A stretch of DNA of 46,022 nt from Candidatus Delongbacteria bacterium (GTDB lineage Bacteria; UBA4055), in assembly GCA_016937995.1 (NCBI GenBank), contig JAFGVM010000088.1, forward strand, positions 1-46,022. Reading direction: 5' to 3'. Position 1 is the first letter of the stretch. Every line of letters starts with the position of its first letter. The notes under the pieces are model-generated. The model saw nothing but the letters and a program-made list of their open reading frames with translations. It made no database searches and was not told the origin of the DNA. The position numbers and the translations under genes are program-made. This document shows, in pieces, positions 1 to 9,706 of this stretch.

Positions 1-111
1 AGCCGAAGCATCGGGGGCTGAGCCGTCGTCGTTAATACCCACATTTTGGGCAAGCATAAGAGTTGCAGAGATTAAAATCACTGCTGTTATGATCGCTGTA
101 AACTTTTTCAT
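1..111 (-). CDS. 5' part of a secreted protein (continues beyond window start)
   Basis: Manual translation MKKFTAIITAVILISATLMLAQNVGINDDGSAPDASA; GGAGG RBS just upstream of the ATG; typical signal peptide. Confidence 0.85.
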   Translation of the reverse strand, partial: MKKFTAIITAVILISATLMLAQNVGINDDGSAPDASA

Positions 112-154
112 GATTCCTCCTACTGTTTTTTTGGTTAAATTTAATCAATGAATA

Positions 155-171
155 TGCAAAAGTTATGCCAA
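155..171 (-). promoter_or_regulatory. Candidate sigma-54 (-24/-12) promoter
   Basis: Minus strand TTGGCATAACTTTTGCA matches TGGCA-N6-TTGCW with exact spacing, about 45 nt upstream of the ATG at 111. Confidence 0.6.
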
Positions 172-368
172 TACAATTTTACAAATAAATCAAACATTTA
201 ATTTTCATATAAAATACTATTTTTATTACATTCCAAATATTTTTAGTATTGACTTCAAGTATGTTGGCAAATTATAAACAATATAGAAGCCTTTAAATAA
301 TCTATATGTTTCTTGAATAAAAGATATAAATTGATTAAATTCTTTTTTTGAAATAAAAAAACGAGATT

Positions 369-2507
369 ATGAAAACTCTATTAATAATTCCTCCATTTAC
401 ACAGCTGAACTCACCCTATGCATCCCTCCCATTTCTTAAGGGAACTTTAAATAATTTTTATAAAGAATCAGACCTTTTAGATCTCAGCATTGAAACTGCT
501 ACGAAGCTATTTTCTAAGGAAAGTTTATTAAACTTGGCTGTGAAACTCAAGGGCTCTAAGTTTAAAAATAATGAACTTGCTAAATTCTTTTTAAATAATA
601 AAGAGCGATATGTTGGTATCTTTGACGATGTTTTAGACTTTCTCAAAGATAAGAATGAAGCTTTATCAGAGATGATACTTTCTGGTAGCTACTTACCAAT
701 GGGAAAAACGGTTTCTTCTGCTTTAGATATTGATCAATTTGATATTCCTCCTGAGGATCATGCTAAATATTTAGCATCGCTTTTCATAGATGATATATTC
801 CTTTATTATAAGGAACTTTCACCTGGATATGAACTTTCAAAGTATCAGGAGAAGCTTGGAATAAATGCCGGTACTTTTGATAAAATATATGATTTTGTAA
901 AAAATTCTGAAGATATTATTACAGAAACAATGTATTCTATCTTAGATAAAATAACTTTGAACGATTATCAATTGGTTGGAATAAGTATCCCATTTCCTGG
1001 TAATCTTGTAGCAGGCTTAAAAACTGCCAAATATATAAAATCTAAATTTCCGAATATGAAGATAGTTCTTGGTGGTGGATACGTAAATACCGAGCTTAGA
1101 GAGCTTTCTGAACCAAGAATTTTTGAATTTGTTGACTTTATAACACTGGATGACGGTGAAAAACCGCTTTTATCGATCATTGATCTTCTTGAAAAGAATA
1201 TCACTGTAAATGAACTTTGTAGAACCTTCGTTCTTCAAAATGGAAAAGTAACTTTTATTGACAATAATGAAAATTCTGATATATCGTTCTTTGAGCTGGG
1301 TACACCAAGTTACCAAGGTTTAGCATTAGATAAATATTTCTCTTTAACAGAATCCATCAATCCTATGTACAAACTCTGGTCAGTCAGAAATATGAATAAA
1401 CTCCGGCTTGCACAAGGATGTTATTGGCATAAATGTAAATTCTGCGATACTTCTCTTCCCTACATAAAAAAATTTAAGATGGTCCCGGTCGATATACTTG
1501 TAGATCAGATCAGGAAAATGATCGAAGAGACTAAAGTAAATTCATTCCACTTTGTAGACGAAGCAATACCGCCTTCTTTAGCAATTGAACTGGCTATAAG
1601 GTTACTTCAAGAGCAAATAGAAATTGAATGGTGGGGAAATATCCGTCTTGATAAAGAGTTCACAGAGGATGTTTGCAAATTACTTAGACATTCGGGATGC
1701 ATAGCTGTAGTAGCCGGGCTTGAATCAGGCAGTGATCTTACTTTGAAAGCCATGAATAAAGGTATCGATCTTGAACAGGCAGTTAAAGTTTGTTACAACT
1801 TTTCAAGCAATGAAATACTGGTTCATACCTACCTGATCTATGGTTTTCCCGGAGAATCAGAGCAAGAGCTTATTAACTCTGCAGAATCTTTGAGACAAAT
1901 GTTCAAAGCAGGTATTGTGGATTCTGCTTACTGGCACAGGTTCTCTCTCACTTGTCACAGCGATGTATTCAGGCACAAAGATAATTATAACATCAAGGTT
2001 ATAAATAACAAGGTTAACCCGTTCGCAAATAATGAGATCGGTTATATTGATATTGCAAATAACCGCATCGACAATTATTCTTCAGGCTTAAAAAAAGCTA
2101 CATATAATTTCATGCTTTCTTCCTGCTTAGATTACGACATTAGATCATGGTTTGAATTCAAAACTCCGAATCCAACTTTAAAGACAAATACTATTGAAAA
2201 CATATTGAGCAACTATGGTATTGAAGTTTCTATAAAGAAAAGATTATTATGGCTTGGTGGAGAAGTTATCTTCAAAGATAGTATCTTAAGCGTTGAAGGC
2301 TTAAATGAACTTGTTGAATTTGAACTTCCAAATGAACTTGGAATTTGGCTGGAAACAATAATCAATAATTCATCCCTGAATAATAACAAATTCACTCTAT
2401 TAGATGCTGAAAAGAGATTTCCGAAAGATTTGGATATTTCTTTTATTGATATTTTGAATAATGAACTTTGGGAGGATATAAGTAATGCAGGATTGGTTTT
2501 GATATGA
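369..2507 (+). CDS. B12-binding-domain radical SAM protein
   Basis: CYWHKCKFC (CxxxCxxC); N-terminal LLIIPPF and VLGGGY..GE cobalamin-binding-like region. Confidence 0.85.
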   Translation: MKTLLIIPPFTQLNSPYASLPFLKGTLNNFYKESDLLDLSIETATKLFSKESLLNLAVKLKGSKFKNNELAKFFLNNKERYVGIFDDVLDFLKDKNEALSEMILSGSYLPMGKTVSSALDIDQFDIPPEDHAKYLASLFIDDIFLYYKELSPGYELSKYQEKLGINAGTFDKIYDFVKNSEDIITETMYSILDKITLNDYQLVGISIPFPGNLVAGLKTAKYIKSKFPNMKIVLGGGYVNTELRELSEPRIFEFVDFITLDDGEKPLLSIIDLLEKNITVNELCRTFVLQNGKVTFIDNNENSDISFFELGTPSYQGLALDKYFSLTESINPMYKLWSVRNMNKLRLAQGCYWHKCKFCDTSLPYIKKFKMVPVDILVDQIRKMIEETKVNSFHFVDEAIPPSLAIELAIRLLQEQIEIEWWGNIRLDKEFTEDVCKLLRHSGCIAVVAGLESGSDLTLKAMNKGIDLEQAVKVCYNFSSNEILVHTYLIYGFPGESEQELINSAESLRQMFKAGIVDSAYWHRFSLTCHSDVFRHKDNYNIKVINNKVNPFANNEIGYIDIANNRIDNYSSGLKKATYNFMLSSCLDYDIRSWFEFKTPNPTLKTNTIENILSNYGIEVSIKKRLLWLGGEVIFKDSILSVEGLNELVEFELPNELGIWLETIINNSSLNNNKFTLLDAEKRFPKDLDISFIDILNNELWEDISNAGLVLI

Positions 2508-2842
2508 TATTAACCTCTGGTATAATATTAGCGTTTTTTGTGATCTTACTTGATCTCAAGTTCATTTCACTCGGAGTAAAGCATATTGATCCTTTAAGAG
2601 ATTCGGAATTTATCCTAAAGTTCGCTTTACCAGCTGTAATATTTGAAATATCTTACATTATATGGGTATCTATCAACTTACCTAATGGTGTATTATTTGC
2701 GATACTGATATTATCAGTTTCAGGAATGATGCTTAAAAGCCTTAAATTTGAAGGTTATAAATTTTATTTGTATGTTCTGATTCCTCTTTCCGAAATTATT
2801 ATCATAGTTTACAGTATGATAATGTTTGTCATAAATGATTAA
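2504..2842 (+). CDS. Hypothetical membrane protein
   Basis: ATGA overlap with the upstream gene; about 4 hydrophobic segments. Confidence 0.7.
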   Translation: MILTSGIILAFFVILLDLKFISLGVKHIDPLRDSEFILKFALPAVIFEISYIIWVSINLPNGVLFAILILSVSGMMLKSLKFEGYKFYLYVLIPLSEIIIIVYSMIMFVIND

Positions 2843-2891
2843 CTTCAACACACATTTTACAAATTAAGCTATTTCACCTTTCAAATATTAG

Positions 2892-2920
2892 TTGACAATT
2901 TGTTTTTTTTATTATACTAT
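2892..2920 (+). promoter_or_regulatory. Sigma-70-like promoter for the PAS gene
   Basis: TTGACA-17 nt-TACTAT; GTTGACA/TGTCAAC inverted repeat spans it. Confidence 0.5.
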
Positions 2921-3060
2921 CATGTCAACGGGAGAACTCCATAGATTAAAATAAGATCAGTTTCGCGATCGCGGAAATGATTTAATGGAAAATTAAAAGC
3001 ATAAAATATTATGAATTCAAAGTGATTCTATTAAAACGTATTACTATGGGGGGTAATTCT

Positions 3061-3657
3061 TTGAAAAAAACGGGTAAGGATAAGTTCAATGATCTTATCG
3101 AATCATTGTCAGAAGGAATAAGTACTGTTGATGAAAATGAAAACATTACATATATAAACAGGTCAGGAAGTCAGTTACTTGGTGGAGAAGTTATTGAAAT
3201 TCTGGGAATGAATTTAGGTGATTTCATAACAAATGATCATTTAGACCTAGTTCAAAAAGGATCTTACTCTAAAAAAATAGCAGGCACTGAATATTATACA
3301 ATTGATATAACCGGTCTTGACAATGTTGACCGTACTTTATTGGTTAAAAGAACACCTGTTCTTGATGAGAATGGAAATTATAAAGGATCGCTGGGATTAT
3401 TTACTGATATCAGTGAAAAGATCAAAATCAAAGATGAACAAGATGATATGATAAAAAAATTAAAGCATAATGATTTATCTCTTAATATATCAAATTCTGA
3501 ATTTTTACCGATCTGTGCCTGCTGCAACAGAATCCGTGACGGTCATGATAAGTGGCACCCGGTTGCCGACTATCTGGCAAAACACACAGATTTACAATTT
3601 ACTCATTCCCTGTGTCCCGCTTGTAAAGAAGATTTTTATGGTATAAATAAAAAATAA
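3061..3657 (+). CDS. PAS-domain protein with C-terminal Cys/His (putative Zn-binding) domain
   Basis: PAS/PAC features (YINRSG..LLG; DENG..G..FTDIS); LPICACC..W..THSLCPAC tail; start uncertain (3022, 3046 or TTG 3061 after GGGGG). Confidence 0.8.
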   Translation: MKKTGKDKFNDLIESLSEGISTVDENENITYINRSGSQLLGGEVIEILGMNLGDFITNDHLDLVQKGSYSKKIAGTEYYTIDITGLDNVDRTLLVKRTPVLDENGNYKGSLGLFTDISEKIKIKDEQDDMIKKLKHNDLSLNISNSEFLPICACCNRIRDGHDKWHPVADYLAKHTDLQFTHSLCPACKEDFYGINKK

Positions 3658-3658
3658 A

Positions 3659-3686
3659 AAGGCTGAAATATTTCTACTTCAGCCTT
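3659..3686. terminator. Bidirectional intrinsic terminator
   Basis: AAGGCTGAA...TTCAGCCTT hairpin between convergent genes. Confidence 0.65.
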
Positions 3687-3708
3687 CTGTGTGTTGAGGA
3701 GTAATTTT

Positions 3709-5592
3709 CTACATACCTTCTAACATTTTTTTATACTTCACTTTATGTTTTTCAGGTATTTCTTTGTCATTGATCTTTATAACATCATCATCAATAAATA
3801 TCTTAAGTTCTTCATTATTTTTACTGATGATGCCATCTTTAACAAGTTCTTCCCTTATGTTATCTGTATCGATCTTTTCGATCAATTTTATTTTGCTAAG
3901 ATCAATATCTTTTTTAGCATGCTTTACAGCAAGTTTTAAAGCTTTTGCCCTTTCTTTTTGCTCAAGTTTTTGAGCTTTAGCCTCTGCTTTAGCAGCTTTT
4001 ACTTCAGCTTTTACCTTATATTCTTCAGACTTTAGTTTCTCAATTGCTTCCTTTACTTTTGCTTTAGTTTCAGCTTTCTGTTCATCAGTCAGATCTTTTT
4101 TATCTATCTCCTTCAAGGCTTCTTCCAGAGATTTAGCGATTTCGTCAAAATCAATATCAATGTCTATGTCTATATCCATGTCTATATCATCTAATTCGGA
4201 TAGCTCATCCAACTCAGATAGATCGGCAAAATCATCACCATTAATAAAGATCATTTTCTTGCCATTATTTTTTACAATATGCTTCTCTCCATCCTTATTT
4301 ATCCACACATTTTCATCTCCATCGGTTGTAACTGATATTGTTTTTGTACTATCTCCATCCTGTGTTACTAAAACCTCTACTCTTTTCTCAATTAAATCAC
4401 CAGTATTTTTTGTTTCAATTATTTTTTTTATGATCTTGCCATCATCAGTGGTTGTAATAAAGATCTGTTTATCCATATCCTCATTACCTGCATCTGTTAC
4501 ATATACATCCATTTTAACATCTTCCCCATCAGAGGATTTCTTTACGATAATTACATTAGCTTCTTCAGTTTTAACCTCATCTTTTGCACCGGCAAACAAC
4601 GAACAACCTGTGATAAATGTTAATGCTAATGTCATTACGATAATTGATGCTATGAAACCTGTATATGAATTCTTCATATCTTTCTCCTTTCCGATAATTC
4701 TTTTGATCCTGCTCAGAAGATCACCTTTGTTTATTGCTGCCATGATAGGTTTAGGTACATTCCCCTGCATTTTTTGCAGATTATAAAGTCCTTTAGCCAG
4801 GTTTGCACAATCTGAACAATGCTTAAGTGCAAGGTCATCACAGCAGTTCTCTCTTTCTGTTCTGATCTGTTTTGATATAAAATATATCGCGGGATTGAAA
4901 AAATAAATGATCTCAATAACTGACTGAATGAGATTGTGTAAAAAGTCATTTCTTATTATGTGAGCAAGTTCATGACTGATGATTGCTTCGATCTGATCAT
5001 TCGGTATCTTAGTTACCAGCCCTAACGGCAGTAAAATGACCGGTTTAAAATGCCCAATGACCACAGGAACTTTGATCAGTGCTGATTCAAAAATATCTAC
5101 TGATCTCTGCACTCCCATTTTTTCAGCTATGGATCTGAATCTATATAAAAGTACTTCGTCTATCTTTGTATATTCTTTTTTCTTGATAGTATTTGCGTAA
5201 TAGAGATCTAATCCGAACTTTATCAGGAATATCATCACACCTGTAAGCCAGAGTATAAATATCAATTCTGCATATTCTTCAATAATATAAAAATAACTAC
5301 CGACCCCGGAAGTACCTATCATATCAACATTAGCATCTGTCATAGATAATGTTGTTGCTTGACCTTTTGAAATACCAGTGATACTTGTATAAGGATTGGA
5401 AAAATAAATAAATGTTGATATTGATACCGTTAAAACAATAAATAATGATAAAAAAGATAATACATACTTTGACCTGCTCGTTAATTTCAATCCCGCAATT
5501 GAAATATATAATAAAATAGCTATAAGTGGTGCCTGCCACAGTGAATGTAAAAGAGTATTCACCATTGAAGTTATAATACTTTCTGTGTTCAT
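3709..5592 (-). CDS. BlaR1-like M56 metallopeptidase with extracytoplasmic C-terminal region
   Basis: HSLWQ, HELAH zinc motif and RENCCD; directly downstream of a BlaI-family gene. Confidence 0.9.
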   Translation of the reverse strand: MNTESIITSMVNTLLHSLWQAPLIAILLYISIAGLKLTSRSKYVLSFLSLFIVLTVSISTFIYFSNPYTSITGISKGQATTLSMTDANVDMIGTSGVGSYFYIIEEYAELIFILWLTGVMIFLIKFGLDLYYANTIKKKEYTKIDEVLLYRFRSIAEKMGVQRSVDIFESALIKVPVVIGHFKPVILLPLGLVTKIPNDQIEAIISHELAHIIRNDFLHNLIQSVIEIIYFFNPAIYFISKQIRTERENCCDDLALKHCSDCANLAKGLYNLQKMQGNVPKPIMAAINKGDLLSRIKRIIGKEKDMKNSYTGFIASIIVMTLALTFITGCSLFAGAKDEVKTEEANVIIVKKSSDGEDVKMDVYVTDAGNEDMDKQIFITTTDDGKIIKKIIETKNTGDLIEKRVEVLVTQDGDSTKTISVTTDGDENVWINKDGEKHIVKNNGKKMIFINGDDFADLSELDELSELDDIDMDIDIDIDIDFDEIAKSLEEALKEIDKKDLTDEQKAETKAKVKEAIEKLKSEEYKVKAEVKAAKAEAKAQKLEQKERAKALKLAVKHAKKDIDLSKIKLIEKIDTDNIREELVKDGIISKNNEELKIFIDDDVIKINDKEIPEKHKVKYKKMLEGM

Positions 5593-5645
5593 AATAATAC
5601 CTTCATATATAAATTCTGCCGTTCTTAATTATAAGTTAATAAATA

Positions 5646-6014
5646 TTAATTGCCTTTATCCATCTCATCCAAAAGTTCCCTTATCTGATCAAGCTCCTCC
5701 TTTGAGGCATCATGATTACCCAGTGCCTGCATTACAAGTTTCATTGCTGAACCGTTGTATGTTGATTCAATAAATTTATCCAATAGATCATTTTTCGTTT
5801 CTTCTTCTGTTACATCTGCTTTATAGACATGACTCCTTCCTAATGATTGTCTTGATATGAATTTTTTTTCGAACATTATCTGCATCGTTTTTAAAGTAGT
5901 AGTATATCCTGATTCTTTTACCTTGTTTATTTCTTCATTTACTTCTTTTACTGTCATTTCTCCGTTCTTCCAGAGTATCTGAAGTATTTCAAGTTCACCT
6001 GCTGATGGTTTCAT
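5646..6014 (-). CDS. BlaI/MecI/CopY-family repressor
   Basis: ELEILQILW..TVKEV..YTTTLKTMQIM..RSHVY; start taken at MKPS after AAGGGA. Confidence 0.9.
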   Translation of the reverse strand: MKPSAGELEILQILWKNGEMTVKEVNEEINKVKESGYTTTLKTMQIMFEKKFISRQSLGRSHVYKADVTEEETKNDLLDKFIESTYNGSAMKLVMQALGNHDASKEELDQIRELLDEMDKGN

Positions 6015-6062
6015 ATTACATTCCCTTTTTATATCCCTGATTAACATTTATACACCCCCAAT

Positions 6063-6136
6063 TACGAAATTGTTCGTAGTTGTAATTTAATACAATATAT
6101 TTTCTAATGCAAGAGTTTTTTACGAAATGTTTCGTA
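6063..6136 (-). promoter_or_regulatory. Two BlaI-type operators flanking a promoter
   Basis: TACGAA-N4-TTCGTA at 6063-6078 and 6121-6136; minus-strand TTGCAT-17 nt-TAAATT between them. Confidence 0.75.
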
Positions 6137-6202
6137 GATGGTGTAAAATGCATATTTATCGGAGTGAAATGTACTTCTAACTTCTATGCTCTGAACTATC
6201 TT

Positions 6203-6931
6203 TTAAAGTATCTGACTCTTTTGCTCTTCCTGTCTTTTTCTCAACCTTTTTACTATGCTCAAAGACCAGATTATCCCGAAAATAAAAACTATTAAAAAAG
6301 ATAATATAGCATAAACTTCGGACATCATTATCTCATGAATTCCGATGCTATCCTGTGTATTACTTAAGAACATTAGAGCAGTATCATATGATCCATGAAG
6401 GAATACAGCTATTATCAAACCTAAAACTATTGATACTTTATGTTTTTTATCAAATACGGATTGCCCAATGAAAAAGCCCATTATAGCTCCCCATGTAGCA
6501 TGAGCAGGTACAGCTGTCAAAGCTCTCATAATAGCTACACCCCATCCTCCCTGAATTACGTAAAGAATATTTTCAAGAGTGGCAAAACCTAATGATACAA
6601 CAACACCGTAAACTATTCCGTCCATAGGTTCATCAAATGCAGGATTCTTTATGCAGAACCATATTATTACAATAAATTTAAAGAACTCTTCAGGTATAGC
6701 AGCTGTAATGAATGCTGAATAAAGTGCTGAATTAAAAGGATCCTGGGTAAAAGGATTGATCGTCAAAAGTGGTAATGCAACTATAAGAACCGGTATAATT
6801 ATAAATATTCCGAGAAAAAAAGTTTTTGTTATAACTAAGCCGGGTTCAGGATAAAGATCTTTTTTATAAAAATACCATATTATTAAAACGGATGGTATTA
6901 CTGCACTAATCAACGATATTACATGTATCAT
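6203..6931 (-). CDS. prsW: PrsW-family intramembrane metalloprotease
   Basis: PEEFFK, DGIVYG..GFATLEN, conserved His residues; AGGAG before ATG 6931. Confidence 0.85.
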   Translation of the reverse strand: MIHVISLISAVIPSVLIIWYFYKKDLYPEPGLVITKTFFLGIFIIIPVLIVALPLLTINPFTQDPFNSALYSAFITAAIPEEFFKFIVIIWFCIKNPAFDEPMDGIVYGVVVSLGFATLENILYVIQGGWGVAIMRALTAVPAHATWGAIMGFFIGQSVFDKKHKVSIVLGLIIAVFLHGSYDTALMFLSNTQDSIGIHEIMMSEVYAILSFLIVFIFGIIWSLSIVKRLRKRQEEQKSQIL

Positions 6932-7042
6932 AAAAGCTCCTTTCACCTGATTTTATCCACTGATGATAGAATTTAAATAATTTAAACTAAAATTGTAATT
7001 CTTTTATTTTTTGTATAAATTCCAACAACCAATAATTTAAAT

Positions 7043-7690
7043 ATGAAGCAGAGTATGATACAAGACCTTATGCATAGTTACAATGAGATCAAAAATGAAA
7101 TTCAAATCCGGATCAAAGAATTTGAGTCAATATTATCCTCATACACCAATGATCAGATCTTTGCAGAACTTTGCTTCTGCCTATTTACACCTCAGTCAAA
7201 AGCCAAATCCTGCTGGAGATCAATTGAAACACTGGTTGAAAAGAATTTGTTGCTCCACGGAAATGCTTCTGAGATCAAAAAGAATATTACCGGAGTTCGT
7301 TTTCACAATAATAAAAGTAGATATCTAATTGAAGTAAGAGATCGATATTTGAACGGTGATTTGAAAGATCTTAAAAACTTTTTATTATCTATTAAACCAT
7401 TTGAACTGCGTGAATGGTTATTCATTAATGTAAAAGGATATGGAATTAAAGAAGCAAGTCATTTTTTGAGAAATATCGGTCTAGGAAAAGATCTTGCAAT
7501 TCTTGACAGACACATTTTAAAAAACTTGGTACTTTTTGGAGTGATCAAAGAAATACCAAAAACTCTGAACAAAAAAGTTTACTATGAAATTGAACATAAG
7601 ATGAAAGTATTTTCAAAAAAAATACAGATCCCTATGGATCATCTTGATATACTTTTCTGGTATAAAGAGGCCGGTGAAATATTTAAATAA
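7043..7690 (+). CDS. ogg: 8-oxoguanine N-glycosylase/DNA lyase (archaeal/Thermotoga type)
   Basis: ELCFCL..RFHNNK; HhH motif GYGIKEASHFLRN; AILDRHIL. Confidence 0.85.
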   Translation: MKQSMIQDLMHSYNEIKNEIQIRIKEFESILSSYTNDQIFAELCFCLFTPQSKAKSCWRSIETLVEKNLLLHGNASEIKKNITGVRFHNNKSRYLIEVRDRYLNGDLKDLKNFLLSIKPFELREWLFINVKGYGIKEASHFLRNIGLGKDLAILDRHILKNLVLFGVIKEIPKTLNKKVYYEIEHKMKVFSKKIQIPMDHLDILFWYKEAGEIFK

Positions 7691-7800
7691 GCAGGAAGTG
7701 CGATCAAACTTACAATCACAACAAATTAACAAACAACTTCATACTTCAAAATCAGCATTTCTGATAAAAATCATATTACATTATTGAAATTATTGTTAGA

Positions 7801-7815
7801 TTGTAACTATTACAT
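7801..7815 (+). promoter_or_regulatory. Candidate Per/Fur-type box
   Basis: TTGTAACTATTACAT (core palindrome TGTAA-CTA-TTACA) just upstream of the perR RBS. Confidence 0.45.
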
Positions 7816-7833
7816 TATAGTTAGGAGACTGAT

Positions 7834-8256
7834 ATGCAAAAATACGTGAAAGAGCTAAAGTATCATAAGCTCAAAATAACTCCTCAGAGACTTGACATAT
7901 TAAAGTTTCTTGATAATAATAGAGTGCATCCAAGTGCTGATGAAATTTATCAGGCAATTAAAATTGATTCTCCTGCACTGTCAAAAACAACAGTTTATAA
8001 CAATATCGATGTGATGGTCAAGAATAATATCATCAAATCATTCAGATTTATGGATTCAAATGAACTTAGATTCGATTATAAGACAACTGAACACTATCAC
8101 TTTATTTGCAGAGAATGTAAGAGTATTTATGATATTGATATTTCTCTTCCATATTTTGAAAAATTTAAAAATTACAAACATAAGGTTGAAGAATTCTATG
8201 GAGATTATAAGGGTGTTTGTGAAAATTGTTTGAAAAATAACTCTAAAAACAAGTAA
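7834..8256 (+). CDS. perR: Fur-family regulator, PerR-like
   Basis: TPQR, HPSADEIY, TVYN, HYHFICREC and CENC; heads an oxidative-stress cluster. Confidence 0.8.
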   Translation: MQKYVKELKYHKLKITPQRLDILKFLDNNRVHPSADEIYQAIKIDSPALSKTTVYNNIDVMVKNNIIKSFRFMDSNELRFDYKTTEHYHFICRECKSIYDIDISLPYFEKFKNYKHKVEEFYGDYKGVCENCLKNNSKNK

Positions 8257-8353
8257 TAATTAATTTTGAACTAGTGACTTTTTAAGATATATTTATGATT
8301 AAAGAAACACAAACACTAAATATTAACACTAAATAGAATAATAGGAGAACAAA

Positions 8354-8512
8354 ATGAAAAAGTATGTATGTACAGTTTGTGGTTATGTTTACGACCCTCA
8401 AGCAGGTGATCCTGACAGTGGGATTGCTCCCGGAACAGCTTTTGAAGATATTCCAGCTGACTGGGTATGTCCTATTTGCGGAGTAGGAAAAGATGATTTT
8501 GAGGAGGCATAG
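8354..8512 (+). CDS. Rubredoxin (52 aa; absent from ORF track)
   Basis: [60 protein letters not shown]. Confidence 0.97.
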   Translation: MKKYVCTVCGYVYDPQAGDPDSGIAPGTAFEDIPADWVCPICGVGKDDFEEA

Positions 8513-8517
8513 AAATT

Positions 8518-9702
8518 ATGGCTGTTAGGAAAATAAATTCTGACGTGTTCTATGTGGGTGCAATTGACTGGGATAGAAAGATATTTGATGAATTGATCCC
8601 GTTACCTGATGGTACCTCTTACAATTCTTACATACTTAAAGGTAGCGAGAAAACAGCCTTAATTGATTCTGTAGATCCTGAGAAAGAAATGGAATTACTA
8701 GCAAATCTGCATGAACTCGGAATTGAAAAAATAGATTATATAGTTTCAAATCATGCCGAGCAGGATCATTCTGGTGCTATTCCGCTTATCCTGGAGCATT
8801 TTCCTGAAGCTGTTGTAGTGACCAATCAGAAATGTAAGGCTTTTGAAATAGATCATCTTTACATTCCGGATTCTAAATTCCATGTTATTCATGATGGTGA
8901 CACTTTATCTCTGGGTAATAAAACATTGAAGTTCATAATGACCCCATGGGTTCACTGGCCGGAAACAATGGTCACTTACTTGGAAGAGGATAACATATTG
9001 TTCAGCTGTGATTTTTTTGGTTCTCATTTTGCATCTTCCAAGCTGTTCGCGGAAGAAAACCCAAAAGTCATTGAAGGTGCTAAAAGATATTATGCAGAGA
9101 TAATGATGCCGTTTAGATCAACTATCAGAAAAAATATTGATATCCTTTCAAAGTATGATATAAAAATGATCGCACCCAGTCATGGACCGATCTGGAAATC
9201 TCCGAATACTATAATTGATGCCTATAAGGAATGGATCTCAGAGAAAGTGAAAAATGAAGTAGTGATACCATACGTTTCAATGCACGAAAGCACCAAAATC
9301 ATGGTTGAATACATGATAGATGAACTAATCAAAAAAGATATTATAGTTAAACCATACAATTTAACCAGGACCGATACAGGTGAGCTTGCTATGTCTCTAG
9401 TAGATACCGCAACAGTTATTATAGCAACACCTATGGTACTTGCGGGTGCACATCCCGCTGCTGTGTATGCTACATTTTTAATGAATGCACTCAGACCTAA
9501 AACCAAGTTTGTAGGTATCATTGGATCTTATGGATGGGGTGGCAAAATGGTTGACCAGCTTAAAGGTCTCCTTGCTAATTTAAAAGTGGATTATTTCGAT
9601 CCGGTCTTAGTTAAAGGAAGACCTGTGGAAGATGATTTTAAAGAGTTGGACAAGCTGATCGATCTAATTGTTGAAAAACATAAAACTTTGAATGAGGAAT
9701 AA
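8518..9702 (+). CDS. fprA: Flavodiiron protein (A-type flavoprotein)
   Basis: GTSYNSY, HAEQDH, HWPET, SCDFFG; C-terminal flavodoxin domain (GSYGW). Confidence 0.93.
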   Translation: MAVRKINSDVFYVGAIDWDRKIFDELIPLPDGTSYNSYILKGSEKTALIDSVDPEKEMELLANLHELGIEKIDYIVSNHAEQDHSGAIPLILEHFPEAVVVTNQKCKAFEIDHLYIPDSKFHVIHDGDTLSLGNKTLKFIMTPWVHWPETMVTYLEEDNILFSCDFFGSHFASSKLFAEENPKVIEGAKRYYAEIMMPFRSTIRKNIDILSKYDIKMIAPSHGPIWKSPNTIIDAYKEWISEKVKNEVVIPYVSMHESTKIMVEYMIDELIKKDIIVKPYNLTRTDTGELAMSLVDTATVIIATPMVLAGAHPAAVYATFLMNALRPKTKFVGIIGSYGWGGKMVDQLKGLLANLKVDYFDPVLVKGRPVEDDFKELDKLIDLIVEKHKTLNEE

Positions 9703-9706
9703 AATA

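Noticed and set aside
2926-2980. Riboswitch upstream of the PAS gene
   Set aside because: Only short hairpins; no aptamer consensus recognisable by eye
4160-4786. 208-aa plus-strand ORF
   Set aside because: Antisense shadow of the M56 gene
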